From NCBI GenBank assembly GCA_964016885.1, contig OZ024750.1:6696001-6760000 (forward strand): a stretch of DNA of 64,000 nt, given 5' to 3'. Positions within the stretch are counted from its first letter, which is position 1. Every line of letters begins with the position of its first letter. The stretch comes from Eledone cirrhosa. Taxonomy: Eukaryota. The notes below the pieces were generated by a model. It made no database searches. It saw only the letters and a list, made by a program, of their open reading frames with translations, and was not told where the DNA came from. Positions 31,225-43,927 of the stretch are shown here, piece by piece. The position numbers and the translations under genes are program-made.

Positions 31225-31371
31225 ATGGTAGTGTTTTAAGCAACCAACCATTCCACCTTAACTGGGCCATCATTTCTATGGAGAAACGGATGTACAGAGT
31301 GAACGAAGTTGATAAATTGTTGAATATCACACTTTGGAGGCGAGGGTATGTTGGTACCACATGTTACATAA
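31225..31371 (+). CDS. FREM2: FREM2/ECM3-like exon A (147 nt): end of CSPG region / start of Calx-beta 1
   Basis: tttcAG|AT...ATAA|GTGAGT; reads (x)GSVLSNQPFHLNWAIISMEKRMYRVNEVDKLLNITLWRRGYVGTTCYI, matching the recalled vertebrate FREM2 segment [21 protein letters not shown]...LKRRGYLGETSFI; phase 1-1. Confidence 0.92.
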
Positions 31372-31447
31372 GTGAGTACAAATGTATATTTTGCTGATTG
31401 AGAATACACCATCATCATCATCATCATCACCACTACAGTCAGTTATA

Positions 31448-31486
<39 letters not shown>

Positions 31487-31487
<1 letters not shown>

Positions 31488-32090
31488 TGAAGGCGTGTAG
31501 CTGAGTGGTTAGCGAATTGGATTCACAATGTTGAGGTTGTGAGTTCGATTCCTGGACCGGGCGATGCGTTATGTCCTTGAGCAAGACACTTTATTTCACG
31601 TTGCTCCTTCTACCTGGAGTTGCGACCGATAGATAGTACTAGCAACTGGAAAGACCAACGGAAACATTGTTCCCTCGGTCCGATTTGACAAAAGTCGATC
31701 GATCAAAAAAAATATATATATATATATGTATATATATATATCTATATATATATATATATCATCTCATTTGTACAGCTGAGTAAACTGAAGTAATGTGAGC
31801 AAGACACTTTATTTCACATAGCTCCAGTTTACTCAGCTGTAGAAATGAGATGATAGGGACTGGGGTCCCTATCATTCCACTGCCAAGTGGTCGTGGTTCC
31901 ACGGCAAAAAAGTACCCAGCCCACACTGTAAAGTGGACGTGTAGGCGCCACGGCAAAAAAGCACCCAGCACTCACTGTAAATGAGGTTGGTGTTAGGAAG
32001 AGCATCCAGCTGTAGAAAACAAGCCAGAATCAGTTCCCGTCCTACCCTTACAAGCAGGGATAAGCGGATGTAAGATGATGATGATGATGA
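31487..32090 (+). mobile_element. tRNA-derived SINEs (31487-31710 with head; 31790-32090 body ending in (GAT)n)
   Basis: A-box-like TAGCTGAGTGG, B-box GTTCGATTCC, TTGAGCAAGACACTT core; full reverse copy at 58200-58538; 3' fragments at 27050, 41600, 43240, 55400. Confidence 0.75.
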
Positions 32091-32162
32091 TATATATAAG
32101 TGGTTACACAACAGTTAGTTGTGTAACTTTATTTATCATACATCTTCAGAAAGTTTATAATT

Positions 32163-32207
<45 letters not shown>

Positions 32208-32441
32208 AGAGAGAGAGAGAGAGAGACTGGATGTTCTTCCACTGGATTAAGAGAGGGGGGGGGGATCAGGGCAGGGGTTATCTCTGTTTGTTCTCAACTA
32301 CATATACACCTATAATGATCAAAATCATGGTACCTGCTACCAAGTCATACTTGATTGTGAATGACGGCTGTAGTTTAAAATAAAATAAATTTTTTTGATA
32401 ATATCTTCAAAGAGAGCAACAGAGGGAGAAAGAGAGAGATT

Positions 32442-32497
<56 letters not shown>

Positions 32498-33477
32498 ATG
32501 GAGATCGAGAGAGATTGAGAAAAACAGAGAGAGAGAGGAGGGAAAGAAAGAGAGAGGGAGGTGAAGAGAAAGATAGAGAGAGATGAAGATATTTAGAGAG
32601 AGAAAAAGAGAGGAAGAGAGAGTGAAAGAGAGAGAGAGAAAAAGGAAAGAAGAAACAGAGATATATATATTTATAAAGAGTCTCTGAGTGAGGTAGGAGA
32701 GATTGATGGCAAGGGAGAGAAGTATGCTAAAAGATTAAAGTTCATATCATAACCAGGCTAACAGACATTTTTGCTGGGAGCACTTCTAGAATAATCTCAT
32801 TGAAAATACAAAACTTCTCCTTTTGTTTATATTTGTATTTTGATATTTATTAATTTATTCTATTAATTAACATTTTCAACAATTTAATGAAATACCTGGA
32901 AGTATGTGTCTTGTTTCTGCCCCAACCCCCCACCATCATCCATACTATCATATCCACCTACCTCATCACCCACATACCAATAACACTCACCCCACCACAC
33001 CACTTTCTCTAGGGAAATTTAAACTAAAAATACTGTTTACAGGAGGCATCGTGACTAATTAAGAAATCATATGCCTACATGAGCACAACACATTGCTGTG
33101 TGGTTAAAAAGCTGGCTGTACAAACCATGTGGTTCCAGGTTGGGGAGTTCAGCTTCATTGTTTTGCCACCATGGGCAAGTGTCTTCTAGTATAGCCACAT
33201 ATTGAGTAATACCATCTGATTGAAATGTTGGTAGATGGGAACTATACAGAAGCCAGTTATTTACATGTGGGTGTATATATATAAGTGTGTGTGTGTGTAT
33301 GTGTGTGTGATTGTGTGTCTGTACATATGTATGGTGAGAGAGAGAGTGAGAGAGAGAGAGGGGGGAGAGGGAGATAGTGAGAGAGAGAGGGAGTGAGAGA
33401 GAGAGAGAGGGAGGGAGAGAGAGAGCCTGTTTCTAACAGTTTATATACATTACAATTACTTTCTAAAAAGACACACA

Positions 33478-33652
33478 CTTTGCAGCATAGAGTTATGGCT
33501 CTTTACGTTCTGAGTTCAAATCCTGCTGAGGTTAGCTTTGCCTTTTATCTTTATGGGTGTCAATAAAACAAAGTACCAGTAATGAAATAGGGTCCATTTA
33601 ATCGACTTTCCTCTTTCCCTTCAAATTGCTGGCCTTGTGGGAAATGTAGAAA
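33478..33652 (+). mobile_element. Deu/Nin-like SINE, 5' truncated
   Basis: GAGTTCAAATCCTGCTGAGGTTAGCTTTGCCTTT...AAGTACCAGTAATG...TTGCTGGCCTTGTG. Confidence 0.75.
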
Positions 33653-33660
33653 GAAAAAGA

Positions 33661-34164
33661 AAAATCAGGGTGGAGAGGGAAGTGGTGCCTTCCAGCCAGT
33701 TTGTTGAAAGGTGGGTGAGAGAAGCAAGAATGGCCCATGTGCCTGTAGCATCGTAGGACAACTGGAAGAGGGCACTTAACATAGTGGTCAGGGTAACCGT
33801 GGCTTTTTTGTGGGCTTTCTCCACGAGCAACCCTCGGAAGTCTCCCCCCTATTGGGGAATTTTTAATTGTTTTCTTTTTTTGTTACATCCTCTATTTTTT
33901 TTGTTTTTTTTACACGCAGAAATGCCCATTTGTACCGTCCTGTATTGGCCTGTACTGTCCTGTACCGTCCTGTATTGTCCTGTATTGTCCTGTACCATCC
34001 TGTATTGTCCTGTACCGTCCTGTGTTGTCCTGTATTGTCCTGTACCATCCTGTATTGTCCTGTACCGTCCTGTGTTGTCCTGTATTGTCCTGTACCATCC
34101 TGTATTGTCCTGTGCTGTCCTTAATGTTATACTTTGTGTCAACCCTTGTGGTTAATGAAGAAAG

Positions 34165-34221
<57 letters not shown>
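33661..34221 (+). mobile_element. 3' end of an L1/Tx1-like LINE: ORF remnant 33661-33756, 3' UTR with 19 x 10-bp repeat, (ATT)n tail
   Basis: KIRVEREVVPSSQFVERWVREARMAHVPVAS* resembles the Tx1-type ORF2 end (E......F...W); second copy at 15115-16093; clade assignment is inference. Confidence 0.6.
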
Positions 34222-34276
34222 CATTGTTGTTGTTGTTGTTGTTGTTGTTATAATTGTTGTTGTTATTGATTTGTAG

Positions 34277-34357
34277 CTATTCAAGTTGAAAATGGTACAG
34301 CAAAAGTTGGTGAAGATGTACAAGTACAGTACCAGACCAAACTTCAGTTTAAGCCAG
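34277..34357 (+). CDS. FREM2: FREM2/ECM3-like exon B (81 nt), Calx-beta 1
   Basis: ttgtAG|CT...CCAG|GTAATC; (T)IQVENGTAKVGEDVQVQYQTKLQFKP(G) carries the Calx-beta GTA..G.D and QF.PG motifs and fills the gap between exons A and C in frame; absent from the ORF track. Confidence 0.88.
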
Positions 34358-34858
34358 GTAATCAAATTATACATTGTAATCTGTCTAGGATTACAATGTA
34401 TAGATATATCTCTTCTCGTGAAACACACATACACACACACATTCACACACTTTTCAGATGCACACCACACACACACACTTTCACACACACAATCATCCAC
34501 ACTCACATGCACTCATATGCACTCACACACACACAAACATACATTCACACACTTACATACTTCTCAGATGCACACTCACACACACAGTCATGCACACTCA
34601 CATGCACTCATATACACTCACACACACAAGCATACACACTCACACACTTTCACACACATGCTTCTGCACATTAATGCCCACAAATGCACCCTTCCCTCCT
34701 ACACACACACAAGCATATATGCACGCTCACACACACACATGTTTCTACCCTCTCACACACATACACACACACACACACACTGACACATCTACCCCCCCCC
34801 CCCCCCACCACCACCACACACACACACACACTCTGACACATCCACCTCACACACACAT

Positions 34859-34896
<38 letters not shown>

Positions 34897-36685
34897 CCAG
34901 CTATGCACACATATCCACACATACATGCATCCACACACACATACACACACACACACAAATCCACAGACATGCATCCACACACATACACACACACACACAC
35001 ATACACACACCCACACACAAATCCACAGACATGCATCCATACACACACACACATACACACATACACACATATACGCACACACACACACACAAATACACAC
35101 ACACATTTCGAAATAACTAAAATAAAAAACAATATTGTTAACATTCAAAGTAAAACTTTGCTAAACAGATTAATCTACGTTGGAGAGATCAGTGTTTGTT
35201 TGTTGAAAATATTTCGAGCAATATATGACTTATTCAATGTATTGTCTGATCTAAATCTCTTGTTGCTGTTGTTGTTGTTGTTTTGTAGTGTGATACTGTT
35301 GTTGTGGGTGTGTGATGTTGTTTATTGTTAAAATTGTAGCTTGATGTATGTGTGTGTCTGTGTGTGTGTGTGTATGTGTGTTGATGTCTGTGTGTATGTG
35401 TTGGCTGTTGAAGACAGTTACTTTGTCTGACACATTATGCATAATAAGAATATATATATATGTATATATATATGTGTGTGTGTGTGTGCGGGAAGGGATG
35501 AATGTGTGTGAGTAGATAGATATATAGATAGACATATAGCATAAAAAAAACGGACATAAAACATTGATGATGATGTATTTATATATAGATATGAATGCAT
35601 GTATGTATGTATGTATGTATCTATCTGTCTAGTTATGTGTGTGTACACATATACACACACATACAAACATATATACACACACCTCCACATACACACATAC
35701 ACACACATACACACCCCTATACACATATACACACACACACACAAACATATATACACACACCCCCACATACAAACACACATATTCCCCCCTCACATATACC
35801 CCCCCCCCATACACACACATACACACACGCACACACAGGCTCCCCTTTCACACACACACACATACACATATGATAATATAATGTTCATCTAACTGTCTGC
35901 AGATTGGTTTTGAATTTCTTCATTGGAATGGTTTCTTTCACTGCACTAATTGCTCCTTAGGGGAAAGAACAACAGGGCAGCAATGTATCCCCACTAGGCA
36001 CCCAGCTGTATCCCTCTCCCACACTATATATTCTATGGCTGCATGCTTTAAAATGGAATCAGTTGAGGGTGAGATGACATCAGTCGTGGTGGGGCGACAA
36101 TCAGACATTGAAAAAAAACTTCTAAACATGAAACCCTACAACTATGGGGCAAAGGAATGAAATATAATGAAAGAAATATAATGTGGTAGTGACATTCATG
36201 CCTTTCCACACAGATGTAGTGTATAAATCAGTTAAAGGCAAGATCTGGCCCCCTTTACCTTTCTGAATAATACGCCAAACAAAAAATTACTTAAATTTTT
36301 TGTACAGTGCAACCCGCCTTATGATGAACCATAGCTAATGCAACCCGCTGCTCAGAAATGTTTCCTTATGCCTGGTTTTAAATCAAACCCTTTATCATTT
36401 ACATTACTCTATATTTACGTTGTATTTTTACAGTAAAGGCTTTATCTCACATAATTATCTCACATGATATCTAATTTATGAGATTTTGATGTTATTTATG
36501 TTGAGAACAATACATTAACATCAGTATGAGTGGCTAGTTTGAACAGAAAGAGGTGAGAGAATTCTGGCTGGATATGGCCAGTTTAAATGTTAAAGAGTTA
36601 AGAAAAGTGATTGAAATGAGCTGCAACTTCCATTTCTTCGGAATTTGTCACTGTTGCACAATACTTTGCAGGATCATTAGATGTC

Positions 36686-38783
36686 TACATGTTACAGTAA
36701 TATACATGTTACAGTAATATATACATGTTACAGTAATATACATGTTACAGTAATATACATGTTACAGTAATATACATGTTACAGTAATATACATGTTACA
36801 GTAATATATACATGTTACAGAAATATACATGTTACAGTAATATACATGTTACAGTAATATACATGTTACAGTAATATACATGTTACAGTAATATACATGT
36901 TACAGTAATATATACATGTTACAGTAATATACATGTTACAGTAATATACATGTTACAGTAATATACATGTTACAGTAATATACATGTTACAGTAATATAC
37001 ATGTTACAGTAATATATACCTGTTACAGTAATATACATGTTACAGTAATATACATGTTACAGTAATATATACATGTTACAGTAATATACATGTTACAGTA
37101 ATATATACATGTTACAGTAATATACATGTTACAGTAATATATATGTTACAGTAATATATACATGTTACAGTAATATACATGTTACAGTAATATATACATG
37201 TTACAGTAATATATACATGTTACAGTAATATACATGTTACAGTAATATACATGTTACAGTAATATATACATGTTACAGAAATATACATGTTACAGTAATA
37301 TACATGTTACAGTAATATACATGTTACAGTAATATACATGTTACAGTAATATACATGTTACAGTAATATATACATGTTACAGTAATATACATGTTACAGT
37401 AATATACATGTTACAGTAATATACATGTTACAGTAATATACATGTTACAGTAATATATACATGTTACAGTAATATATACATGTTACAGTAATATACATGT
37501 TACAGTAATATACATGTTACAGTAATATATACATGTTACAGTAATATACATGTTACAGTAATATATACATGTTACAGTAATATACATGTTACAGTAATAT
37601 ATACATGTTACAGTAATATACATGTTACAGTAATATATACATGTTACAGTAATATACATGTTACAGTAATATACATGTTACAGTAATATACATGTTACAG
37701 TAATATACATGTTACAGTAATATACATGTTACAGTAATATATACATGTTACAGTAATATACATGTTACAGTAATATATACATGTTACAGTAATATACATG
37801 TTACAGTAATATATACATGTTACAGTAATATACATGTTACAGTAATATACATGTTACAGTAATATACATGTTACAGTAATATACATGTTACAGTAATATA
37901 CATGTTACAGTAATATATACATGTTACAGAAATATACATGTTACAGTAATATACATGTTACAGTAATATACATGTTACAGTAATATACATTTTACAGTAA
38001 TATATACATGTTACAGTAATATATACATGTTACAGTAATATACATGTTACAGTAATATATACATGTTACAGTAATATACATGTTACAGTAATATACATGT
38101 TACAGTAATATACATGTTACAGTAATATACATGTTACAGTAATATACATGTTACAGTAATATATACATGTTACAGTAATATACATGTTACAGTAATATAT
38201 ACATGTTACAGTAATATACATCTTACAGTAATATATACATGTTACAGTAATATACATGTTACAGTAATATACATGTTACAGTAATATACATGTTACAGTA
38301 ATATACATGTTACAGTAATATACATGTTACAGTAATATATACATGTTACAGTAATATACATGTTACAGTAATATATACATGTTACAGTAATATACATGTT
38401 ACAGTAATATATACATGTTACAGTAATATATACATGTTACAGTAATATACATGTTACAGTAATATACATGTTACAGTAATATACATGTTACAGTAATATA
38501 CATGTTACAGTAATATATACATGTTACAGTAATATATACATGTTACAGTAATATACATGTTACAGTAATATACATGTTACAGTAATATACATGTTACAGT
38601 AATATATACATGTTACAGTAATATACATGTTACAGTAATATATACATGTTACAGTAATATACATGTTACAGTAATATATACATGTTACAGTAATATATAC
38701 ATGTTACAGTAATATACATGTTACAGTAATATACATGTTACAGTAATATACATGTTACAGTAATATATACATGTTACAGTAAT
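36686..38783. repeat. 2.1-kb 17/19-bp satellite (ACATGTTACAGTAATAT[AT])n
   Basis: Highly homogeneous, roughly 118 units; ends about 66 nt upstream of exon C. Confidence 0.97.
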
Positions 38784-38849
38784 AAAGATAAATGTCGATA
38801 ACAACCCATCTATTTCTAACTCACTTTAAATGTCTTTCTTGTTTTTAAG

Positions 38850-38999
38850 GACAAACTGAAAATACTTGGCAGATCCATTTAATCGATGATGACAAGTTTG
38901 AAAACAATGAGAAGTTTTTTCTGAAGCTAAGTAAACCTACTTTGGCTATTGTTGAGGAACCCCTGCAGGCCACAGTTGTGATAGTTGACATTGAAGATG
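38850..38999 (+). CDS. FREM2: FREM2/ECM3-like exon C (150 nt), Calx-beta 1 C-terminal half
   Basis: ttttaAG|GA...GATG|GTAAGT; (G)QTENTWQIHLIDDDKFENNEKFFLKLSKPTLAIVEEPLQATVVIVDIED with the DD..E..E.F.L.L..P motif. Confidence 0.93.
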
Positions 39000-39060
39000 G
39001 TAAGTTATTGGTAAACACTTCAGGAGTTTCTCATCTTTTGTTTTTAATTTTTTCTAAACA

Positions 39061-39241
39061 AATAATTGTTTCTACTTTTGGCACAAGGCCAGCAATTACC
39101 CAGTGCATTACTGGTACTTTATTTTATTGACCCCGTGAGGATGAAAGGCAAAGTTAACCTCGATGGGATTTGAACTCAGACCGTAAAGGGACGTAACTGT
39201 GCTAGAAAGCATGGCGTCCAACCCTCTACCGATACTGCCAA
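39061..39241 (-). mobile_element. Deu/Nin-like SINE
   Basis: Near-identical to 1206-1397. Confidence 0.85.
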
Positions 39242-39550
39242 ATAATGATATATAGTTCAACCCATACCAACATGGAAAAACGGGCATAAAATAATGATTT
39301 AATAAAAAAAAAATGTTTATTGTCACTTGTCTCAGTAGCTCTTTTTTATTACCCACTGTAAAGAGTACTCAATACTTCCCCTAGTCTGTCATGGCTTACT
39401 AGCTCTATACGGACGTTTAAATTGTTTAAATAAACAAATATATCTCTAGTGGTATTTACTCTATTTTATAAGATATTTAATAGTATCTAACTATTTTCTG
39501 AGTCTGAGCATATTACATCTTGTATTGCCTTTATTCTCTCAGCACTTCGT

Positions 39551-39587
<37 letters not shown>

Positions 39588-39595
39588 GGAAATAG

Positions 39596-39631
39596 TCTTA
39601 ACATTTCGGACATTAGTCCTTCATCAGAAAA
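39596..39631 (-). ncRNA. Minimal hammerhead motif, family B
   Basis: Minus strand UUUU-CUGAUGA-A GGAC UAAU GUCC-GAAA-UG-UU|AAGA; next to (TA)n; about 100 nt upstream of exon D. Confidence 0.65.
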
Positions 39632-39732
39632 ATAGAATAAGGAATTAAAGAAGAAAGAGAAATGGATATAGAAATATATATATTTGAGTTGAAATGCTAA
39701 ATGTCATAATGGTCTCTCTGATTGTGTTTCAG

Positions 39733-39858
39733 AATCGAATGTTTTTATTCCTGAAAAAGAATACCGAGTCACTGAGAAAGATACACAGTTAGATATTCCT
39801 GTCTACCGAACAGGAGATTTATCTCAGCCATTGTCTGTTATCTGTCATACTGTTCAAG
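39733..39858 (+). CDS. FREM2: FREM2/ECM3-like exon D (126 nt), Calx-beta 2
   Basis: tttcAG|AA...CAAG|GTAAGA; (E)SNVFIPEKEYRVTEKDTQLDIPVYRTGDLSQPLSVICHTVQ. Confidence 0.93.
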
Positions 39859-40314
39859 GTAAGAAGTACATTGACTCTAGTCACACAGTCACATATCTAT
39901 ATACTCACATGAACACATACTCCAATACATGCTTATATATACACTCATATACATATATACATATATATATATACATATACTTGCACATACACCAAACATT
40001 TATGCATACACTCAGACATAAATATATATGCATGAACTCACACATTACACCTCACACATATACTTGCACATACACCAACACGTGTTTCTATATACACTCA
40101 TACAGTCATACACATATATACATATATATACATATACTTGCACATACACCAACACATATTTATACATACACTCACAAACACAGACATATATATATACATA
40201 CAGTCGTACATGCTCCAACACATATTTATACATACACTCACACACACAGACACATATGTATACATACGTATACATATACACACACACACCCTAACAGATA
40301 AATATGCATACACT

Positions 40315-40675
40315 ATATTCCATTATTCTGATTACATTTCTAATGAAATACACTCTATTTTAATTAATTAATCAAGAACTTTTATGGATTTACTAAAATT
40401 ATTAATTATTTTGTTACAAAGAATGTAAAGTTCTTATATAAAATTATGTTGAAAGATTTTAATATAAATTGGAAACCTTTAAAATGGGTGGTTTTATTTC
40501 ATAGAACCAGGTCTGGTTTTAGCTGGGCTGGACTGGTTAGATAGTAACTTAATATTAGTTTCTTATATAAAATTATGTTGGAATATTTTAATCTAAATTA
40601 GAAACCTTTAAAATGGGTGGCTTTACTTCATAGAACCAAAGCTGGTTTTGGTTGGATTGGTAATTAAAGGGTTAA
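40315..40675 (+). mobile_element. Second piggyBac-like MITE family (also 5418-5660, 25900-26028, 54380-54672, 62062-62190), here with an internal ~130-bp duplication
   Basis: Shared TTCATAGAACCAGG...AAAGGG|TTAA right end; other copies start TTAA|CCCT...ATATTTCTAAT. Confidence 0.6.
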
Positions 40676-42441
40676 AATATTACTTCGAAATGTTAGGCAA
40701 AGTTTTTCATTAGAAATATGGTATTGAAGGGGTCAAAATAACAGATTCTGTCCAGTTGAACTTTTTTCTCTAACTAGAGCTAACATACCTTATGAACTCT
40801 AATAGGTCATTGTAAACTTGAATAGTGGGTCATTTAGTTTAATTCTGCATATTCCAGACTTCAGACAGCAATTGCAGACAGTAGTAATAGACAGCAGCTG
40901 CAGAAACTAACTGCAGACACCAACTGCAGGTAACAGCTATACTGATGAGTGCATAATGTAATATATATATCTCAAAGAAAGATATATAATCTCTCATTTC
41001 ACTGACATGTTTTTATTTAATGTAAAACTATCAACAGATTAGATTCCTCCCTCAGGTCCTTTTTCCTTTATAAAAATGGTACTTGTTACAAGAATGGTAG
41101 TTGGTTCTCGGTGGAAAACTTAGAATAAACAGTAACTCAGTGATTTATCTTTCAGGGAAATTCATTTAGAAAAGAATTCTGATGCTAATAATTCCTTTAG
41201 CTTTGGTTTTAGTTGATATTTCTTATAAGAATGTGTAACTGTATGATATTGTGTGTGTTTTAAATATCATATTTAATGTCAAGTCAGGCTTTATAATATT
41301 CCAGATAGTGAAAGGCTATGCCTTATTACCATCATATGCCAATGTATTCAAATATCAAAGCAGTTAAGACAACAAGGGAGCCACTATGAGGTTGTTTGAC
41401 TGGCTAGACATAACAGCTAAATCTCCCTTGAATCACATCCACTCGAATCACAACCAAATGTTTGTGGCTTCAATCCTGCTGCATGGCACCTTCAGTGAAT
41501 GTCTTTTATTGTAGTTGAAGAGTGACTAAAGACTTGTCAGTGAATTTAGTCATCAGAAAGTGTGAGAATGTCCAAAATATATATATATAACCATGACAAA
41601 AAGGACCCAGCACACACTGTAAATGTGGTTGGTGTTAGGAAGGGCATCCAGCTATAGAAACCTAGCCAGAAACAGTTCTATAAGAGCAAGACACGGTCAC
41701 CTGACCTGACTTGCTTTTAATAGGACAAACCATCTAGCCTATGTTAGTGTGGAAAATGGACATTAAATGATGATGGTGATGATATATATATGTGTGTGCC
41801 TGTGTGTATGTGTGTGCATGTGAATACGTTTGTATATATGTGTCTCTTTCCATATATTCATATTAAAACTGTTTATGCAAGGGGTAACAATTGTTTATGT
41901 CCCATATAAACAATATACGCCACAGCTAAGCATATCAGTGAAAAATAAGCAAAATATACCATAAATATCATACTTAAAAGCACAGTATGGATTTATATCA
42001 GAAAGAATATCCGGCCATAAAAATCTTGCCTCAAAAAAGTATTGTTTAATCCTAGTATTGTCCAGCATGGAAAAATGGATGTAAAAAGAATGATGATGAT
42101 GATGATGATACAATATATCTAGCACAATATTTTCCAATGTGTCATTTTTTTTTTTAAACACTATTACAGTTTAATTCGAGAGAGTTATGGTAAATTTATA
42201 GAGGCATCCTTGTTGGCTCCAGGATATATTTGTTATGATAGCATTTTATAACACCTTTCTTCAATATAGCTTTTTATATTTTGCTGTGGGGTTTTTTTCT
42301 TGCAATATATAAACTAAACATAGATACAATTACAGAAGATATCAAATAAAATCAAAGATCTCTTTGTTAAATCCTAGATTAATCATTAAAAAAAATGTAC
42401 TAAATGCTTCTATATTTTTTTGTGTGTGTTTATTTTTGCAG

Positions 42442-42690
42442 AAACTGCAGCAGGGAGTCCTGTAAATGTCCTTAGCTCCTTCTCAGATTACATCACACGG
42501 CCAATGCAGAGTAGCAGCAGCATCCATTTCAACAAGGATGAAAGCCAGAAAATATGTTCAGTGTTAATAATTGATGATTCATTATTTGAAACTGAGGAGA
42601 GGTTTAATGTGAGTCTTTCTCAACCACAAGGAGGACATCTGGGAAACTTTACTACCACTATAGTGTTTATTGAACCAGATATTATGGATG
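42442..42690 (+). CDS. FREM2: FREM2/ECM3-like exon E (249 nt), Calx-beta 2
   Basis: ttgcAG|AA...GATG|GTAAGT; (E)TAAGSPVNVLSSFSDYITRPMQSSSSIHFNKDESQKICSVLIIDDSLFETEERFNVSLSQPQGGHLGNFTTTIVFIEPDIMD; SDY.RP and IIDDSL.E.EE.F are FRAS1/FREM2 hallmarks. Confidence 0.95.
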
Positions 42691-43537
42691 GTAAGTGTTT
42701 GTTGCGCCATTCATCATTTCATTTATAATTAAGACAGAAAAAGAAAAAAAAAATGAAGAAAGAAAAATGTATATGTAATTTTTTTTTTAATATCTTTTTC
42801 ATATCATAAACAAAGGAAAAACACAAAGAACCATAACTAATACAGCAAGGCATCTCATTTAACTCTCTTACAGTTTTACCATAGCTTTTGCTTGGATTTA
42901 TAGCTGGAAAGAGTGGTTAAGTTCTGATAGTTTAATTGTTAATATCCTCTACTATATGAAACTGCATTAGCAAGATATTCTTGAGAAGTACAAAACAACA
43001 CTATCATTGCATAATACACAATATTAATACTTCAGATTATCACAGTGATCTAATGCTAATATATAATACTAATAATTCAAATGTTCTCAATGATCTGTCC
43101 ACAAGTAAAGATACTTTAAACATTTGAACTAACAAACCTGTTTTTAGATATTTTCATTTTCTGTTAAATTGTTAGATGTTATGAGTTATACTCAGATAAT
43201 CTGTACTAAAATTTAAGTGAATTGGGTACAAACAAGGTAAATGAGGTTGGTGTTAGGAAGGGCATCCAGTTGTAGAAATCAAGCCAGAAACAGTTCCTGT
43301 ATGAGCAAGACAAGGTCAGCCGACTAGACAACCCATCTAATGCAACCTAACAACCCGGTGATGATGATGATGATGATGAAGGTAGAACTTTAGAGAAATC
43401 TTGTCTCTGTCAATATCAAAGATATTTTTTTACATTCTTAATCAGCGAATAGAGAAAACTTGTAGTGAGTGTTGATGAATGAACTGAATATAATTTTCTG
43501 GATATTTCAATGTTAAATGTAGAAGGTTTAGTCTAAA

Positions 43538-43818
43538 GACTGTTTCGAGCCCCAAGGCTCATCAGACTGCTGCTTATCCTGATTTCTGTGATCTGAAGCA
43601 ACTAAGAGTACAAAATTTATCCCCTGGATAGGATGTCAGTTCATCACAGAGTTGAACCCCCAGTTATTGCTGGTACTCATTTTCAGCTGAGTATACTGGA
43701 GCAAAATGAAATGATGTGTTTTGTTCAATAACACAACACACAACCCAGTCCAGGAATCAAACATATGACATTATGATCGTAAGACCAACACCCTTACCAC
43801 TAGGCCACGTGCCTCCAC
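43538..43818 (-). mobile_element. Full-length tRNA-derived SINE with Meta-domain-like body
   Basis: Minus strand GGAGGCACGTGGCCTAGTGG head, AAAATGAGTACC, CTGTGATGAACTGACATCCTATCCAGGGG...GGATAAGCAGCAGTCTGATGAGCC. Confidence 0.7.
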
Positions 43819-43927
43819 AAGGTTTAGCACAAGTGGATTAAAAAGTTCATCGGTCTCAAATACAGTAACTAATAAATGCTGAAATGTCAACTACCCTATT
43901 ATGGTAGTAGGAAATGAATATACTAAC

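Noticed and set aside
31487-31560. tRNA-like A/B boxes
   Set aside because: SINE head continuing into a SINE body; no full cloverleaf, so not a tRNA gene.
35938-36129. 63-aa non-repetitive minus-strand ORF
   Set aside because: Only a faint resemblance (EYIVWERDT) to a transposase segment; no recognisable domain or splice structure.
43540-43580. CUGAUGA-GCC UUGG GGC-UC-GAAA on the minus strand
   Set aside because: Lies in the 3' part of a SINE, has extra bases before GAAA and no convincing stem I; not counted as a hammerhead.
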